Below are positions 1 through 9,077 of a DNA stretch of 52,855 nucleotides, piece by piece. This stretch comes from a virus (Duplodnaviria > Caudoviricetes). Position numbers and translations under genes: made by a program. A model generated the notes under the pieces. The model did no database searches. It saw only the letters and a list, made by a program, of their open reading frames with translations, and was not told the DNA's origin. Position 1 is the first letter of the stretch, and every line of letters starts with the position of its first letter. The stretch is from positions 1-52,855 of the IMG/VR virus record IMGVR_UViG_3300036820_000025; one strand, 5' to 3'.

Positions 1-194
1 TCGGTAAGCTGTTCAACCAATGGCCCACGCGCCGGGTGAAGGCATGAGCGGGGGCAGGGCATGCAAGGACCCCACGCATAGGCCGGCGTGGGTCGTGCTC
101 GTGCGCGGCGGGAATCATTCAGCGTTCAACGGGTATCGTTGGCAGCCGAGCGCGTACAGCTCAGTGCATTGCCCATGCTGCCCGGCGAACTGGC
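1..194. repeat. Terminal direct repeat / circular overlap, left copy
   Basis: 1-194 matches 52662-52855 except at positions 43, 49, 59 and 67; 68-194 (127 nt) is identical. Confidence 0.95.
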
Positions 195-244
195 GCACCA
201 AGGCCAGTTATGTTGCCTCGTTGCCCGACCGGCCACCATATTGA
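44..244 (+). CDS. Small Cys-containing (possible Zn-binding) phage protein
   Basis: ATG at 44 overlaps the TGA of the gene wrapping round from 52163 (ATGA); NHSAFNGY..S.V.CxxC...WRTKA pattern. Confidence 0.7.
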   Translation: MSGGRACKDPTHRPAWVVLVRGGNHSAFNGYRWQPSAYSSVHCPCCPANWRTKASYVASLPDRPPY

Positions 245-246
245 AC

Positions 247-289
247 TGTGACGCGGCGCACGGTATTCTGACGAGCGCGTCAGTACACT
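247..289 (+). promoter_or_regulatory. CRP/Clp-like class II promoter with embedded TGACG-N4-CGTCA operator
   Basis: TGTGA-cgcggc-GCACG (247-262), 21-nt spacer containing TGACG-agcg-CGTCA (269-282), -10 TACACT (284-289). Confidence 0.8.
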
Positions 290-319
290 ACGCACACTGA
301 CTAAACTGGAGCTACTGAG

Positions 320-481
320 ATGGAAACGATTCGAGAAGATGTCACCAACGCGGTTGCGATGGCTCAGCTTGAGCTGACGCACAGCGAGGCCGCCAAGGCT
401 GACACCTACAATTACAAGCTCATCGAGAGCTACCGGAGCGACCCGGTAGAACTCGGCGAGTGGCCCGGCGACGCGCGATGA
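320..481 (+). CDS. Small acidic protein, 53 aa (not in ORF track)
   Basis: GGAG SD upstream; METIREDVTNAVAMAQLELTHSEAAKADTYNYKLIESYRSDPVELGEWPGDAR; stop overlaps next ATG (ATGA 478-481). Confidence 0.75.
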   Translation: METIREDVTNAVAMAQLELTHSEAAKADTYNYKLIESYRSDPVELGEWPGDAR

Positions 482-708
482 ACGCCGTCGCCACGCTCGC
501 GTCGCTGGCGCTCTACCTTGTCGGTGGATTCGTTGCTACCGCGGTCGTCGGGCACGTATGGGGCGTCCACGCCGGGGCTGAAGTGATGGCCGCCAATGCA
601 TTACTTGGCTTCGCGCTCATCCCCGGAATTCTCATCGGTCGCCCGCTCGTGCGATGGATCGCGCGGCGCTGGCGCTCACACAACTACAGGATACGCCGCT
701 ATGCGTGA
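478..708 (+). CDS. Small membrane protein (two predicted TM helices)
   Basis: Two hydrophobic segments then a basic tail; coupled to the upstream gene. Confidence 0.65.
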   Translation: MNAVATLASLALYLVGGFVATAVVGHVWGVHAGAEVMAANALLGFALIPGILIGRPLVRWIARRWRSHNYRIRRYA

Positions 709-946
709 CACTCCGCATTGCATACATGGACAGTTAATCGGGCATGTCTGCCAGCAATGCCCGTTCGGCTTCGCAATTGCTCATGCTGATGGCATCGAGC
801 GTCACGAGTACGTATACACGGACGGTATCGTCGTGGCTGAGCATGCGATGTGGTCCGAGGACGAATTGCAGATGGCGAACGAACGCGCGCAGATTGCGAC
901 CGGCGGCACGTGGCGTTGGGAGCTGCGCGAAGGGTATTTGTACTAG
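701..946 (+). CDS. Hypothetical protein (CxHG...CxxC)
   Basis: ATG at 701 overlaps the end of the upstream gene; operon tiling. Confidence 0.55.
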   Translation: MRDTPHCIHGQLIGHVCQQCPFGFAIAHADGIERHEYVYTDGIVVAEHAMWSEDELQMANERAQIATGGTWRWELREGYLY

Positions 947-958
947 GAGGCATTGAGA

Positions 959-1168
959 ATGACTGACGGTTTTGTGCCAATAAGTGAGCTGGCCCCGCGC
1001 ATCGGCGAGGTTGAGCGCATCGAACTCGCGGGACCGTTTGCATATCATTCGGTTGCGCCCGAGCACGTGGCGCACTACGAACAGATTGCAGCCGGCGCGC
1101 ACGCGCAGATGCTGCGCAGGCTGTGCATGGAAAATTGCGGGCGTCCGCAGCTTAGGAGGGTCAAGTAA
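959..1168 (+). CDS. Hypothetical protein
   Basis: AGGAGG SD upstream; stop overlaps next start (TAATG). Confidence 0.6.
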   Translation: MTDGFVPISELAPRIGEVERIELAGPFAYHSVAPEHVAHYEQIAAGAHAQMLRRLCMENCGRPQLRRVK

Positions 1169-1725
1169 TGAGCACTCGTGAAATGAAACTGTTGTATTTG
1201 CTCGCACTCGTCACGTGCGCCGCGCTGTGCGTGGGGCTCGGCGGATGCGCCACCATAACGCCGGCTGACTCTACGGTCACGGCCGCAGCTACGGCCAGCG
1301 TTCCCACGGGAACAGAGAGCGCCACGCCCGAGCAGTCGGTCGTATTCCAAAATATAGTGAGCGAGGAAAAAGCCTCGATGTACGCCGAGGGCGCTTGGCT
1401 CGTGCTCGACGGCATCGACACTGCACAGACGATGCGGATAGCGCGCGAGCCCAACCGATTCCAAGAGAACGACCCGATTGCAGCGGCGCTCTATGGTGGC
1501 AAGCACCCCAACCAATACCGCGTGCTCGGCATCAACGTGGCGCTTGCATTCGCTCACACGCTTGTAACCTCGTGGCTCGACGATGAGGTATCGCAGCGCG
1601 AGATAAGCGACCCACACGGCACGCTCGGCGCATGGTATTGTGCGCGGGTTGCGTGGCACGTGGTCTCGATTCTAGGCTCGGGCAGCGCAGTGATTCACAA
1701 CTACAGCATTGGAGTTACGCCGTAA
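1168..1725 (+). CDS. Putative lipoprotein / membrane protein
   Basis: Hydrophobic N-terminus ending LGGC (lipobox-like), Thr/Ala linker, hydrophobic C-terminal segments. Confidence 0.65.
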   Translation: MSTREMKLLYLLALVTCAALCVGLGGCATITPADSTVTAAATASVPTGTESATPEQSVVFQNIVSEEKASMYAEGAWLVLDGIDTAQTMRIAREPNRFQENDPIAAALYGGKHPNQYRVLGINVALAFAHTLVTSWLDDEVSQREISDPHGTLGAWYCARVAWHVVSILGSGSAVIHNYSIGVTP

Positions 1726-2012
1726 TGTTTATGCGACGTGGAATAGGCGGCCGATTGGGTCCCGTCTCGATTCTCGGGGCTGCCCTCGCTATGGCGATGG
1801 GACAGCAGGTCATCCGCGTACAGCCTGCGCCGGAGCCCATCGAGGCGCCTTCGGCGCCCAAGCCTGCACGCAAGCGTCAGATTGGCACGCGCAAGGGGCG
1901 CCGGGCACTGCATGCAATGCGGCGTCGTGCCGAGCTGCAGCAGAAAAACCGCGGAAACAAAATAGCCGCGGTGCTTGCGAAGGGCAAGCACGGCCACGCA
2001 ATCTACGGATGA
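1725..2012 (+). CDS. Basic hypothetical protein
   Basis: TAATG coupling at 1723-1727; Lys/Arg-rich C-terminus. Confidence 0.55.
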   Translation: MFMRRGIGGRLGPVSILGAALAMAMGQQVIRVQPAPEPIEAPSAPKPARKRQIGTRKGRRALHAMRRRAELQQKNRGNKIAAVLAKGKHGHAIYG

Positions 2013-2357
2013 GCCCCGGGGCAGCCCGCGCGCTCGCGTCGATGGCGAGCGACACCCCGCGGGAAATTCAGCGAACAGAAACGCCGCGCACGACAACGCG
2101 GCGTGCCCTTCGAGCTGACGTTCGCGCAGTGGTGGGAGCTATGGCAAGAGTCTGGAAAATTCGAGCTGCGCGCGACCAACGGCAAAGGCTACGTGATGCG
2201 TCGCTACGGCGACGAGGGCGCCTACCGCGTGGGCAATGTCTATATCGGCACGCACACCGAGAATGCCATCGAGGGTTGGCGCAATGGATTGTGCAGGGCT
2301 GCTATGATCCGCGATGCCCGCGAGCACGAGCGCCTATACTGCCCTGCCGATGATTGA
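2009..2357 (+). pseudogene. HNH-like (His-Me) endonuclease family gene with apparent 1-nt frameshift near the 5' end
   Basis: Conserved-looking QKxxAxxRGVPFELTFxxWW...YVMxRxxDxGxYxxGNV...EN frame has no in-frame start before GTG 2103; the coupled ATG at 2009 is one base out of frame. Confidence 0.55.
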
Positions 2358-2461
2358 TTAAGCGCGCCAGAAATAGACGCGCAGCGGCCCGAGACGAACG
2401 CATTTCCGTCGGGCGCCCATCAATACAAACGGCGCATTGCGCCATCTGAGCCCGACGCATA

Positions 2462-4756
2462 TCACTCGGTCTTAACCCATCGCTTCGCCTGCATGCCGTC
2501 AACCCGCATGTTACGGCTCTCGTACCCCAACTGTTTGAGGGTCCGCGCGACCCGCTTCTCGGCCTTGGCGTCCATGCGCTCTTTATTCATCAGCAGAGCA
2601 TCGCGCAGGACCTCAAACGCTGTGAAGGGGCGCGAGCAGGGGGCCGGCACAACCTCGCCATTAGGGGCCGCTGTGGGCGTTATGAGCCACTGCCCGATGA
2701 CAGTCTCCCACACGTCGCGCTGCTCATGGCGGGAGTGACGGCCTTTCGCAAGGCGCTCGGCCTCCTCGAACTCAACGCCCGGCAGGTCGAGCATTTTGCG
2801 CATTCGGTAGATGTGCGCGCCCTCGGCCCATAGTTGATTGCGGTCGCGCTTTATCAGCTCGCGTAGGATTTGCCCGATTTCCATTGGCAACCATCGGCGC
2901 TGCCCGGTCTCATCGAGCGGTAGATGCTGCTCTTGATTGGTCGTTGCAAAGAGCATCCCGCGACGAGCGTACCGAGTCGGTAGCGTCTGCCACTTCTCGA
3001 CCCACTCCTCGTGTGTGCGCGTAATAACGCGCTTGATGTGCTCGGCTGAACCTGTGGATACGTTGACCATCTCCGCAATTTCCGACACGAGCTTGCCCTT
3101 GAGCATGCGCTTAAAATTGTCGTCATCTTTGGATAGGTCGAGCCCATCGGTAAAAAACTCAGGGTCGGGCACCAATGATTTAAGCGCCGAGGATTTGTAT
3201 AGCCCTTGCTGCCGCGAGAAAAACGTCGGCACCATGTCGAGCTGACAACCGGGCTCGAAGATACGCGAGGCGAGCCCCGACCAAATGTAGCGGCTCACAG
3301 CCTTGGCGTACTCGTCGTCGGCTGCGCCGCAGTAGTCGGCCATGAACCTATCGACGCGCGGCACGCCATCCCACGCGAGGGAATCGAGCCACACCATTGC
3401 GCTGTCGAACTTCAGGCGATCCGCCACGAGCGCGAGCGCATCGCGCATCATGTCTTTGCCGATTGCCGCATAGCGCAGCTCACGTTCGAGCTTTTCACGC
3501 AGCGCAGTCATATCGTTGTCGGTTAGGCGCATCCAATTGGCGCCGCCGTCCCGCGAAATCATGATGCACCCCCGGAACTCATCGAACCCGACCATGGTCT
3601 GCGTCTGCGAGCCTAACGTCTTAACGAGATTGGGCAGGCTGGCCTCGGCGAGCCCCTTACCGTTGATAGTAAGGTTTGCCATCGTCGTGGCTGTGACCGG
3701 AGGCGGCGGGGGCTCGGCTCCGACAATCTCAACAGTTAGAGTAGTGCCGGTTACAGCGTCCGGCGTCCCGCTTAGCTGCGCCGATGAGGTCTCCGCGGGG
3801 GGTGCAGAAGACAACGGCAGGGACTGCGCGGGCTCAGCATACCACTGCGTTTGAGACGCGCAAGCCCGCAGTATCGTGCCCCGGAAGTAATCGGGCCGGT
3901 GCCACTTGTCGCGCTGCAGTCCCTCGCATTTCCACATCAGCCGGGCCATGCGTTCGCAATCGTTGCCGGTCCAAAACGCGAGATGATTCGCGAGCGCGAT
4001 GTCGGCGCCCGAGCGGTCCCACGCATCGTGTCCGTTCTGCGTGGGGAAGGCTCGCGACAGAACATCAACGTTGGCCGTCCACAGAGCCGCGAATGAGGCG
4101 CCCTTGCCGAACGCGGCCTGTGCTGAGGTCGAGCGCATGGCCCGGTCTAGGAGCGCCGTATCGTCTGCAGGGCCACGCCACGCGGCGACAGGCTTGTCGG
4201 TCCATTCGACGGTGCCGTCGGTTTCCTCGCGCGGCGGGAAGTAGGCGGCAAGGAACCGCAATAGAGTGCCGGTACAGTCGGTCAGCACTGAGCCCGAAAT
4301 ATGCTGCCCAAGAGCGATGAACCGCGCCTCGGTATAGCACTCGGCCCGGTAATCGCTGTTGCGCGTGCGATGGTCGGGCAGCTCGCCGTGATAAGCACCG
4401 ATGATATGACCGCCCGTGCCGCTGACACTGCGCTCGACGTAGGCGTCGGGGAACCACTGCAGGAACGCGGCCACGTGGGGCTGCCAGCCGCCGGAGGGCT
4501 CGACGCATTGGTCAAAGTCGATGGCGAATCGTCCTGACTCGCGCGTAATGACGATGCCCACGCCGTAGCCGGCGCCCCATTGCTCGGCCCACATCGCGGC
4601 CTCGGCCGGCAGCATGTGCGTAGCAGGGTCCTGCGCGTTGATGGCTTCGCCCGAGAGCGGGTCAATCGGTATCTTGTCCGTCTTGCCGTTCTCTCGGGGA
4701 ACGAGCTTGTACAGGACGAACAAGCGCCGGTTTGACAGCTCGTCAAGTATGCTCAT
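2462..4756 (-). CDS. Primase-helicase: NrS-1-type prim-pol + helical bundle + VapE/VirE helicase
   Basis: IDFD and ERSVSGTGGH AEP motifs; DRSGADIALANHLAFWTG helical bundle; WDGVPRVD, QGLYKSS, TTN..LPLDETGQRRW VapE motifs. Confidence 0.88.
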   Translation of the reverse strand: MSILDELSNRRLFVLYKLVPRENGKTDKIPIDPLSGEAINAQDPATHMLPAEAAMWAEQWGAGYGVGIVITRESGRFAIDFDQCVEPSGGWQPHVAAFLQWFPDAYVERSVSGTGGHIIGAYHGELPDHRTRNSDYRAECYTEARFIALGQHISGSVLTDCTGTLLRFLAAYFPPREETDGTVEWTDKPVAAWRGPADDTALLDRAMRSTSAQAAFGKGASFAALWTANVDVLSRAFPTQNGHDAWDRSGADIALANHLAFWTGNDCERMARLMWKCEGLQRDKWHRPDYFRGTILRACASQTQWYAEPAQSLPLSSAPPAETSSAQLSGTPDAVTGTTLTVEIVGAEPPPPPVTATTMANLTINGKGLAEASLPNLVKTLGSQTQTMVGFDEFRGCIMISRDGGANWMRLTDNDMTALREKLERELRYAAIGKDMMRDALALVADRLKFDSAMVWLDSLAWDGVPRVDRFMADYCGAADDEYAKAVSRYIWSGLASRIFEPGCQLDMVPTFFSRQQGLYKSSALKSLVPDPEFFTDGLDLSKDDDNFKRMLKGKLVSEIAEMVNVSTGSAEHIKRVITRTHEEWVEKWQTLPTRYARRGMLFATTNQEQHLPLDETGQRRWLPMEIGQILRELIKRDRNQLWAEGAHIYRMRKMLDLPGVEFEEAERLAKGRHSRHEQRDVWETVIGQWLITPTAAPNGEVVPAPCSRPFTAFEVLRDALLMNKERMDAKAEKRVARTLKQLGYESRNMRVDGMQAKRWVKTE

Positions 4757-4782
4757 AATGGCCGGGTGCGTGCGGTGACATT

Positions 4783-4813
4783 GGGCGGGCTCTCACGGGC
4801 TCGCCCTCTTTTT
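4783..4813 (+). terminator. Rho-independent terminator-like hairpin, antisense to flanking genes
   Basis: GGGCGGGCT/GGCTCGCCC stem (G-U pairs on + only) followed by TCTTTTT. Confidence 0.5.
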
Positions 4814-5108
4814 ACGCGGCCAGTATGCGCGCAGCTTTACGCTTCAGTGCCTCCGGGGCTTTTCTAGTTGGCAGGTAGTCGATTGCGAGCCCCTGCGCGA
4901 CGACTTCTAATACCTCGTGCTCGATGGCGTGGGCCATGATCGCGGCGCGCATATCCCGCATTGTGCCGAAATGGTACGACACAGTGCCCTCGACGCAGCC
5001 CGCGGCCTTGGCGATTTCAACGCGAAACACCCGCATAAACCCTTTCTGCTTCGACAGATTGACGGCCGCCTGCAATATGGCGTTTTTTAGGGCGACTGTG
5101 TTTTGCAT
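4812..5108 (-). CDS. TetR-like HTH DNA-binding protein (candidate repressor)
   Basis: ILQAAVNL...GF....RVEIAKAAGCVEGTVSYHFGT TetR-type HTH, with no full ligand-binding domain. Confidence 0.85.
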   Translation of the reverse strand: MQNTVALKNAILQAAVNLSKQKGFMRVFRVEIAKAAGCVEGTVSYHFGTMRDMRAAIMAHAIEHEVLEVVAQGLAIDYLPTRKAPEALKRKAARILAA

Positions 5109-5114
5109 GTGCGT

Positions 5115-5144
5115 ATCCTACTGTAGCGCTGACGGCTACGTCAA
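5115..5144 (-). promoter_or_regulatory. Sigma70-like promoter with operator overlapping -35
   Basis: TTGACG (5144-5139), 18 nt, TAGGAT (5120-5115); operator TGACG-gcta-CGTCA at 5130-5143; ATG 6 nt after the -10. Confidence 0.7.
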
Positions 5145-5608
5145 AGAGTGTCGGCAGTATTTGTGATGATAGCCCGGCCGCCCTGCGCGTTGACGAGGGC
5201 CGCCCATTTATTTTGTGCCATGTCTTCAAGGCTGTTAGATGGTTTCCAATTACGGCGCTTGCATTCCACGCTGAGGAATTGCGCGACGACACGCCCCACC
5301 ATCTCGGGCCGTATCACGAGCGGCTGCCATCCGATGAGATCCCCCGATTTAAACTCGTCGCCAAGCTGCTTAGAATCATTGGCGAGCCCGTACCGCACGA
5401 ACGTTCCCGAAGCCATTTTGCCGGCGCCGCGGTTGTTGCGGAATAGATAGCGGCCTGACTTTGCAGCCGCTAAGCGTACCTCAGACTGCACCCGCGCCTC
5501 AAGGTCGTTATCATCAGCCGGCGCGATGTACTGCGCAGATTCGCACAGCTCGCGCAGCGCCTCGGGCGGTATCTTCCATTTGAGCGCCCATTCGATTAAT
5601 GAAGCCAT
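5141..5608 (-). CDS. VRR-NUC-like nuclease
   Basis: LFRNNRGA...VRYGL...SGDLIG...FLSVECKR PD-(D/E)xK pattern. Confidence 0.8.
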   Translation of the reverse strand: MASLIEWALKWKIPPEALRELCESAQYIAPADDNDLEARVQSEVRLAAAKSGRYLFRNNRGAGKMASGTFVRYGLANDSKQLGDEFKSGDLIGWQPLVIRPEMVGRVVAQFLSVECKRRNWKPSNSLEDMAQNKWAALVNAQGGRAIITNTADTL

Positions 5609-6093
5609 CGGGTAGGGTTCCATAGTTGGGGTTCGAGGTCGCCCGGCAAGTACAGCGGGTGCTGCGGATTGCCGGCCTTAGTGACGCGCATTGAGTAGAT
5701 GGGGCCAAGCGGGTGCATAGTGTTGACCGCGCGCTGCGCGAGGTCCTTGTGCGCCTTGTCGCCCCATCCGCAGATGACTTTCGCAGCGTAGGCGATAGCG
5801 TTCACGAGCCACGCATCATTGGTAGATAGCACGTGTTCGGGCGGCACCGTGGCGAGCTTGGGGTCAGTCGAGCGGAACGGATTTGTGTTGACCACGACCA
5901 TAGCCGCATAACGCCAATCGAGCGTATATTGCCACAAGCGCCGCACCGTGGGGTCGTCTTGCTCCTCGTCGGCTGTGCTCGGATTGTTGAGCACCCACGC
6001 AATAAAGGACATGCCCGGTTGCCACGAGTCGATGCAACGGCCGAGTTGCATACGGTACAGCCGGTCGGGGCTGATGACTGCCCAGCGGCGCAT
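5596..6093 (-). CDS. DUF1643 protein
   Basis: WVLNNPSTADEEQDDPTVRR...WG...TKAGNPQHPLY signature. Confidence 0.85.
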   Translation of the reverse strand: MRRWAVISPDRLYRMQLGRCIDSWQPGMSFIAWVLNNPSTADEEQDDPTVRRLWQYTLDWRYAAMVVVNTNPFRSTDPKLATVPPEHVLSTNDAWLVNAIAYAAKVICGWGDKAHKDLAQRAVNTMHPLGPIYSMRVTKAGNPQHPLYLPGDLEPQLWNPTRWLH

Positions 6094-6350
6094 TAGAACG
6101 GCACCGCGTCAGATTTTGAGTACCAATCGCGCATAGCCTGCGCCACGTCGAGCGCATCATAAAATTTCTGCCGCTGCTCGACGGTCATTGCAAGCCATCC
6201 GCCTTTACTCTCGCGGTACTGCGTGGCCCACATGATGACTGCGGCCGGTGCCGCCGGGTCGTTGGCGCGCAGCACGAACACGGGCTCGTCAAGCTCGGCG
6301 CGATTCCAGCACGAACGCGGCTCGATGATGTTGTCGGCTTTGGTGCTCAT
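6093..6350 (-). CDS. Conserved phage hypothetical protein
   Basis: DEPVFVLRANDPAAP motif; coupled to neighbouring genes. Confidence 0.7.
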   Translation of the reverse strand: MSTKADNIIEPRSCWNRAELDEPVFVLRANDPAAPAAVIMWATQYRESKGGWLAMTVEQRQKFYDALDVAQAMRDWYSKSDAVPF

Positions 6351-8029
6351 GCGGCAGCCTCGACTACGTTATGTTTGTTGAGCTGTTCGACGATACGCGC
6401 CTGCAGCGCCTCGGCCTCCGGGCGGCCGAGCGTGCGCGCGGTTTCAACATCAACCCCGAAGGTCAGATAAAACCGCTTTTGCGCCTCTCGGTCGCTCTCG
6501 CCGACGAGGGTACGCCAACCGCCCCACAGTCGCATGGCGTCGCGTAGGATGGCCTGCGCGCGCTGCCGCTCGGCGTGGGCACGCTGTATGTACGCTGGCC
6601 CGAACATCACGCCATCAATCCGGGCAATCTCGCCGCGGATGCGCGCCAATACTGCAGGGTCCAATTCCACGAGGTCGCCATCGACCGCCTCGGGCGTGCC
6701 TCGGCCGCCGGGCATTGGGACCTCGGCGCCGCAGTATGGGCAGCACGTGCGAAAGCGTTCATAAGGCTGAGCGCATGATATGCAAACCCGCAGCGGTATA
6801 GCGTCGCTGTTGCCTCGTGATTCACGGGCCGGGCGCCGGTCGAGGCTGTATTGTTGCGGGACATCGGGCAACCCGTGATAGATGCAGTTGCCCACGTGGT
6901 CGATAATGATTGCCTTGGGTTTCGGGCTCGCGGCGATGATTGCGAGCCGTTCCGCGTCGGTGAACTCGTGCAGGCGATGGTCAAAGCCCGGCGCCATCAC
7001 ACGCAGCGAGCGGCCGAACTGCTGCGCATAGAGCTGAAACGATGCCGTCTTGCGCACCATCGAGACAACCTCGATTGCTGGCACGTCTACGCCCTCGCCG
7101 AGACAGTCCACGCTCACGAGCTGCAGCAACTGCCGCGCGCGAAATTGCGCCATGAGCTGCGCGCGCTTACCTATCGGCGTTTTGGCCGTGATGATTTCCG
7201 CCGGCACGCCGGCCGCGTTGTACCCGATTGCCAACTCGCGCGCGGCTTCGATGTCTACCGCGAACGTTACGCCAAGTCGTCCGGCGGCCACTTTGAGATA
7301 ATTTTTGACAACATCGCCAACGATGCGGTTTGACTTGTGAGTGACTGCTCTAAGCTGTGGCATAGAATAGTCGCCAGTGTTCCCAATCGAAACGCTGCTA
7401 AAGTCGATGTCAGAGCTAGGGCACAAAAGACGGTAATCAGTGAGATAACCTCGGTTGATGAGTTCGCGGCACGAAGGGCCAATAATGAGGCGATCAACAA
7501 GCCCGTCAGCGCTGCGCCCGAGACCACTGCCATCAGCGCGTATCGCGTGAGCCGTCGGGAAAAGGCCGCGAGCGTTGGGGAACAACTGCATTGCAGTAGC
7601 CCATTTATTGCCTTGTACGACGTGGTGTCCCTCGTCGATGACGACGAGTCGGACGGCAGCGAGCCATCGGTCTGCGGGGTCGTGTCCTGTGAGGGTATCG
7701 ACTCCGGCGACGCGCACGTCGGCTCGGTAGTGGTAGCTAGAGTGTCCGTGTGTTTCATGCTCGGCCCTCACAATCTGCTGAATAACAGGTTTCGGTGCGA
7801 TGATTCCGTGCGGAATGCGTTCGCGGTTCAGCGCGAGCGCGGTTTGCGCGACAAGCTCTTGTCGGTGCGCTATGGCGACGGTTGGCTGTTGGCAATCTGA
7901 GATGATGCTGCAGAACGTAACCGTTTTGCCCGAGCCCGTGGGCATTACAGGCATGACGTTGTAGACATTCGGCTCAGACCATGCGGCGTACACCGCCGCT
8001 TTTACGTTCTGTTGGAAGTCTCGAAGCAA
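6347..8029 (-). CDS. SF2 DEXH helicase with C-terminal Zn ribbon
   Basis: PTGSGKT, DEGHH, EGVDVP, QQFGRSLR, CxxC...CPYC; TTG start. Confidence 0.92.
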   Translation of the reverse strand: MLRDFQQNVKAAVYAAWSEPNVYNVMPVMPTGSGKTVTFCSIISDCQQPTVAIAHRQELVAQTALALNRERIPHGIIAPKPVIQQIVRAEHETHGHSSYHYRADVRVAGVDTLTGHDPADRWLAAVRLVVIDEGHHVVQGNKWATAMQLFPNARGLFPTAHAIRADGSGLGRSADGLVDRLIIGPSCRELINRGYLTDYRLLCPSSDIDFSSVSIGNTGDYSMPQLRAVTHKSNRIVGDVVKNYLKVAAGRLGVTFAVDIEAARELAIGYNAAGVPAEIITAKTPIGKRAQLMAQFRARQLLQLVSVDCLGEGVDVPAIEVVSMVRKTASFQLYAQQFGRSLRVMAPGFDHRLHEFTDAERLAIIAASPKPKAIIIDHVGNCIYHGLPDVPQQYSLDRRPARESRGNSDAIPLRVCISCAQPYERFRTCCPYCGAEVPMPGGRGTPEAVDGDLVELDPAVLARIRGEIARIDGVMFGPAYIQRAHAERQRAQAILRDAMRLWGGWRTLVGESDREAQKRFYLTFGVDVETARTLGRPEAEALQARIVEQLNKHNVVEAAA

Positions 8030-8042
8030 ACAATATCCCCTG

Positions 8043-8072
8043 TTGACGGCGCCGTCAGGTTAGCAGTACAGT
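8043..8072 (+). promoter_or_regulatory. Sigma70-like promoter with perfect palindromic operator
   Basis: TTGACG (8043-8048), 18 nt, TACAGT (8067-8072); TGACGGCGCCGTCA at 8044-8057 in the divergent intergenic gap. Confidence 0.75.
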
Positions 8073-8114
8073 TCGCCCCGTTCAAGCCTCACACCGCACA
8101 TCGGAGCACCAATA

Positions 8115-9074
8115 ATGCGCTTGGAAATTGACACCACATGCGACCATTCACAGCAGGAGCTGCGCGCCGCCGCCGCATTCCTGTTGTCGCTCTCGGGCGA
8201 TATTACGCTCGAAGCTCTCGACGCCGCACGAGTTCCCACGGGAACACCGAAGCCCCCTGAAGTTCCCCGGCCGCCGCGCGCTCCTGCCGAGCGTCCTAGC
8301 GACCCCACGCCGCCGACTGCTCCGAGTAGCGAGCCGTGGCCGCCCGCGCCGCCGCCGGCCGCAGAGTCGAACGTGTTGCCTTTTCCGACGCCGCCCGCGC
8401 CTGCCGTTGTTGCGGCGCCCCCGGCGGCTGCGTCTACCCTGATTGCCCCCACGGCTGGCGAGAGCGTGCTTGCCCCCACTGCGGGAGCTACGGCCGCTGT
8501 CCCTGCTGAGTATGACAGCGCCGGCATGCCGTGGGACGCGCGCATTCATCAAAAGGCCAAGAGCAAAAAGAAAGACGGTACTTGGAAACTGCAGAAGGGC
8601 ATCGACATGAACCTAGTTCAGTCGGTGACTGCTGAGCTTGCCAAGGCAAAGCTCGTCGCTGCCGCCCCGAACGCCGCGATTGCCGCCGCGCTCGCCGCTA
8701 CTCCTACGGTCTCGGCTCCCGTGCCGCCCCCGCCGGCAGCGGTGACAGCCGCGGTGCCACTTCCACCAAGCGGAAATACCTTGCCTCTGCTTCCGCAGTC
8801 GAATGGAGCCGCCGATAACGGAGTGCCTGTGCCGCCGCCTCCCGCGTCTGTGCCTGTTCCGCCAGTCGCCGCCGTTGGGGGCGTACCTTCACCATCAGAG
8901 GTCATCGTAAAGCGATGCGTTGATGCGACCGTCGCAAAGAAACTCACGCCGGTTGAAGTTCGCGACCTGCTACTGCGCCACGGATGCCCGGGGCTGCAGA
9001 TGCTCTCGCAGATGCCTGACCTTGTGCCGGCAATCAGCGCTGAGCTTGACATTATCCTCGCGGCGAAGGGCTAA
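8115..9074 (+). CDS. Pro/Ala-rich replication-module protein
   Basis: GGAG SD; central DSAGMPWDARIH...K..DGTWK block flanked by Pro-rich linkers; precedes DUF2800. Confidence 0.75.
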   Translation: MRLEIDTTCDHSQQELRAAAAFLLSLSGDITLEALDAARVPTGTPKPPEVPRPPRAPAERPSDPTPPTAPSSEPWPPAPPPAAESNVLPFPTPPAPAVVAAPPAAASTLIAPTAGESVLAPTAGATAAVPAEYDSAGMPWDARIHQKAKSKKKDGTWKLQKGIDMNLVQSVTAELAKAKLVAAAPNAAIAAALAATPTVSAPVPPPPAAVTAAVPLPPSGNTLPLLPQSNGAADNGVPVPPPPASVPVPPVAAVGGVPSPSEVIVKRCVDATVAKKLTPVEVRDLLLRHGCPGLQMLSQMPDLVPAISAELDIILAAKG

Positions 9075-9077
9075 GCG

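Noticed and set aside
2010-2012. Genome-wide TGA reassignment
   Set aside because: Many genes end at TGA with ATGA or TGATG coupling, and conserved proteins are uninterrupted in the standard code.
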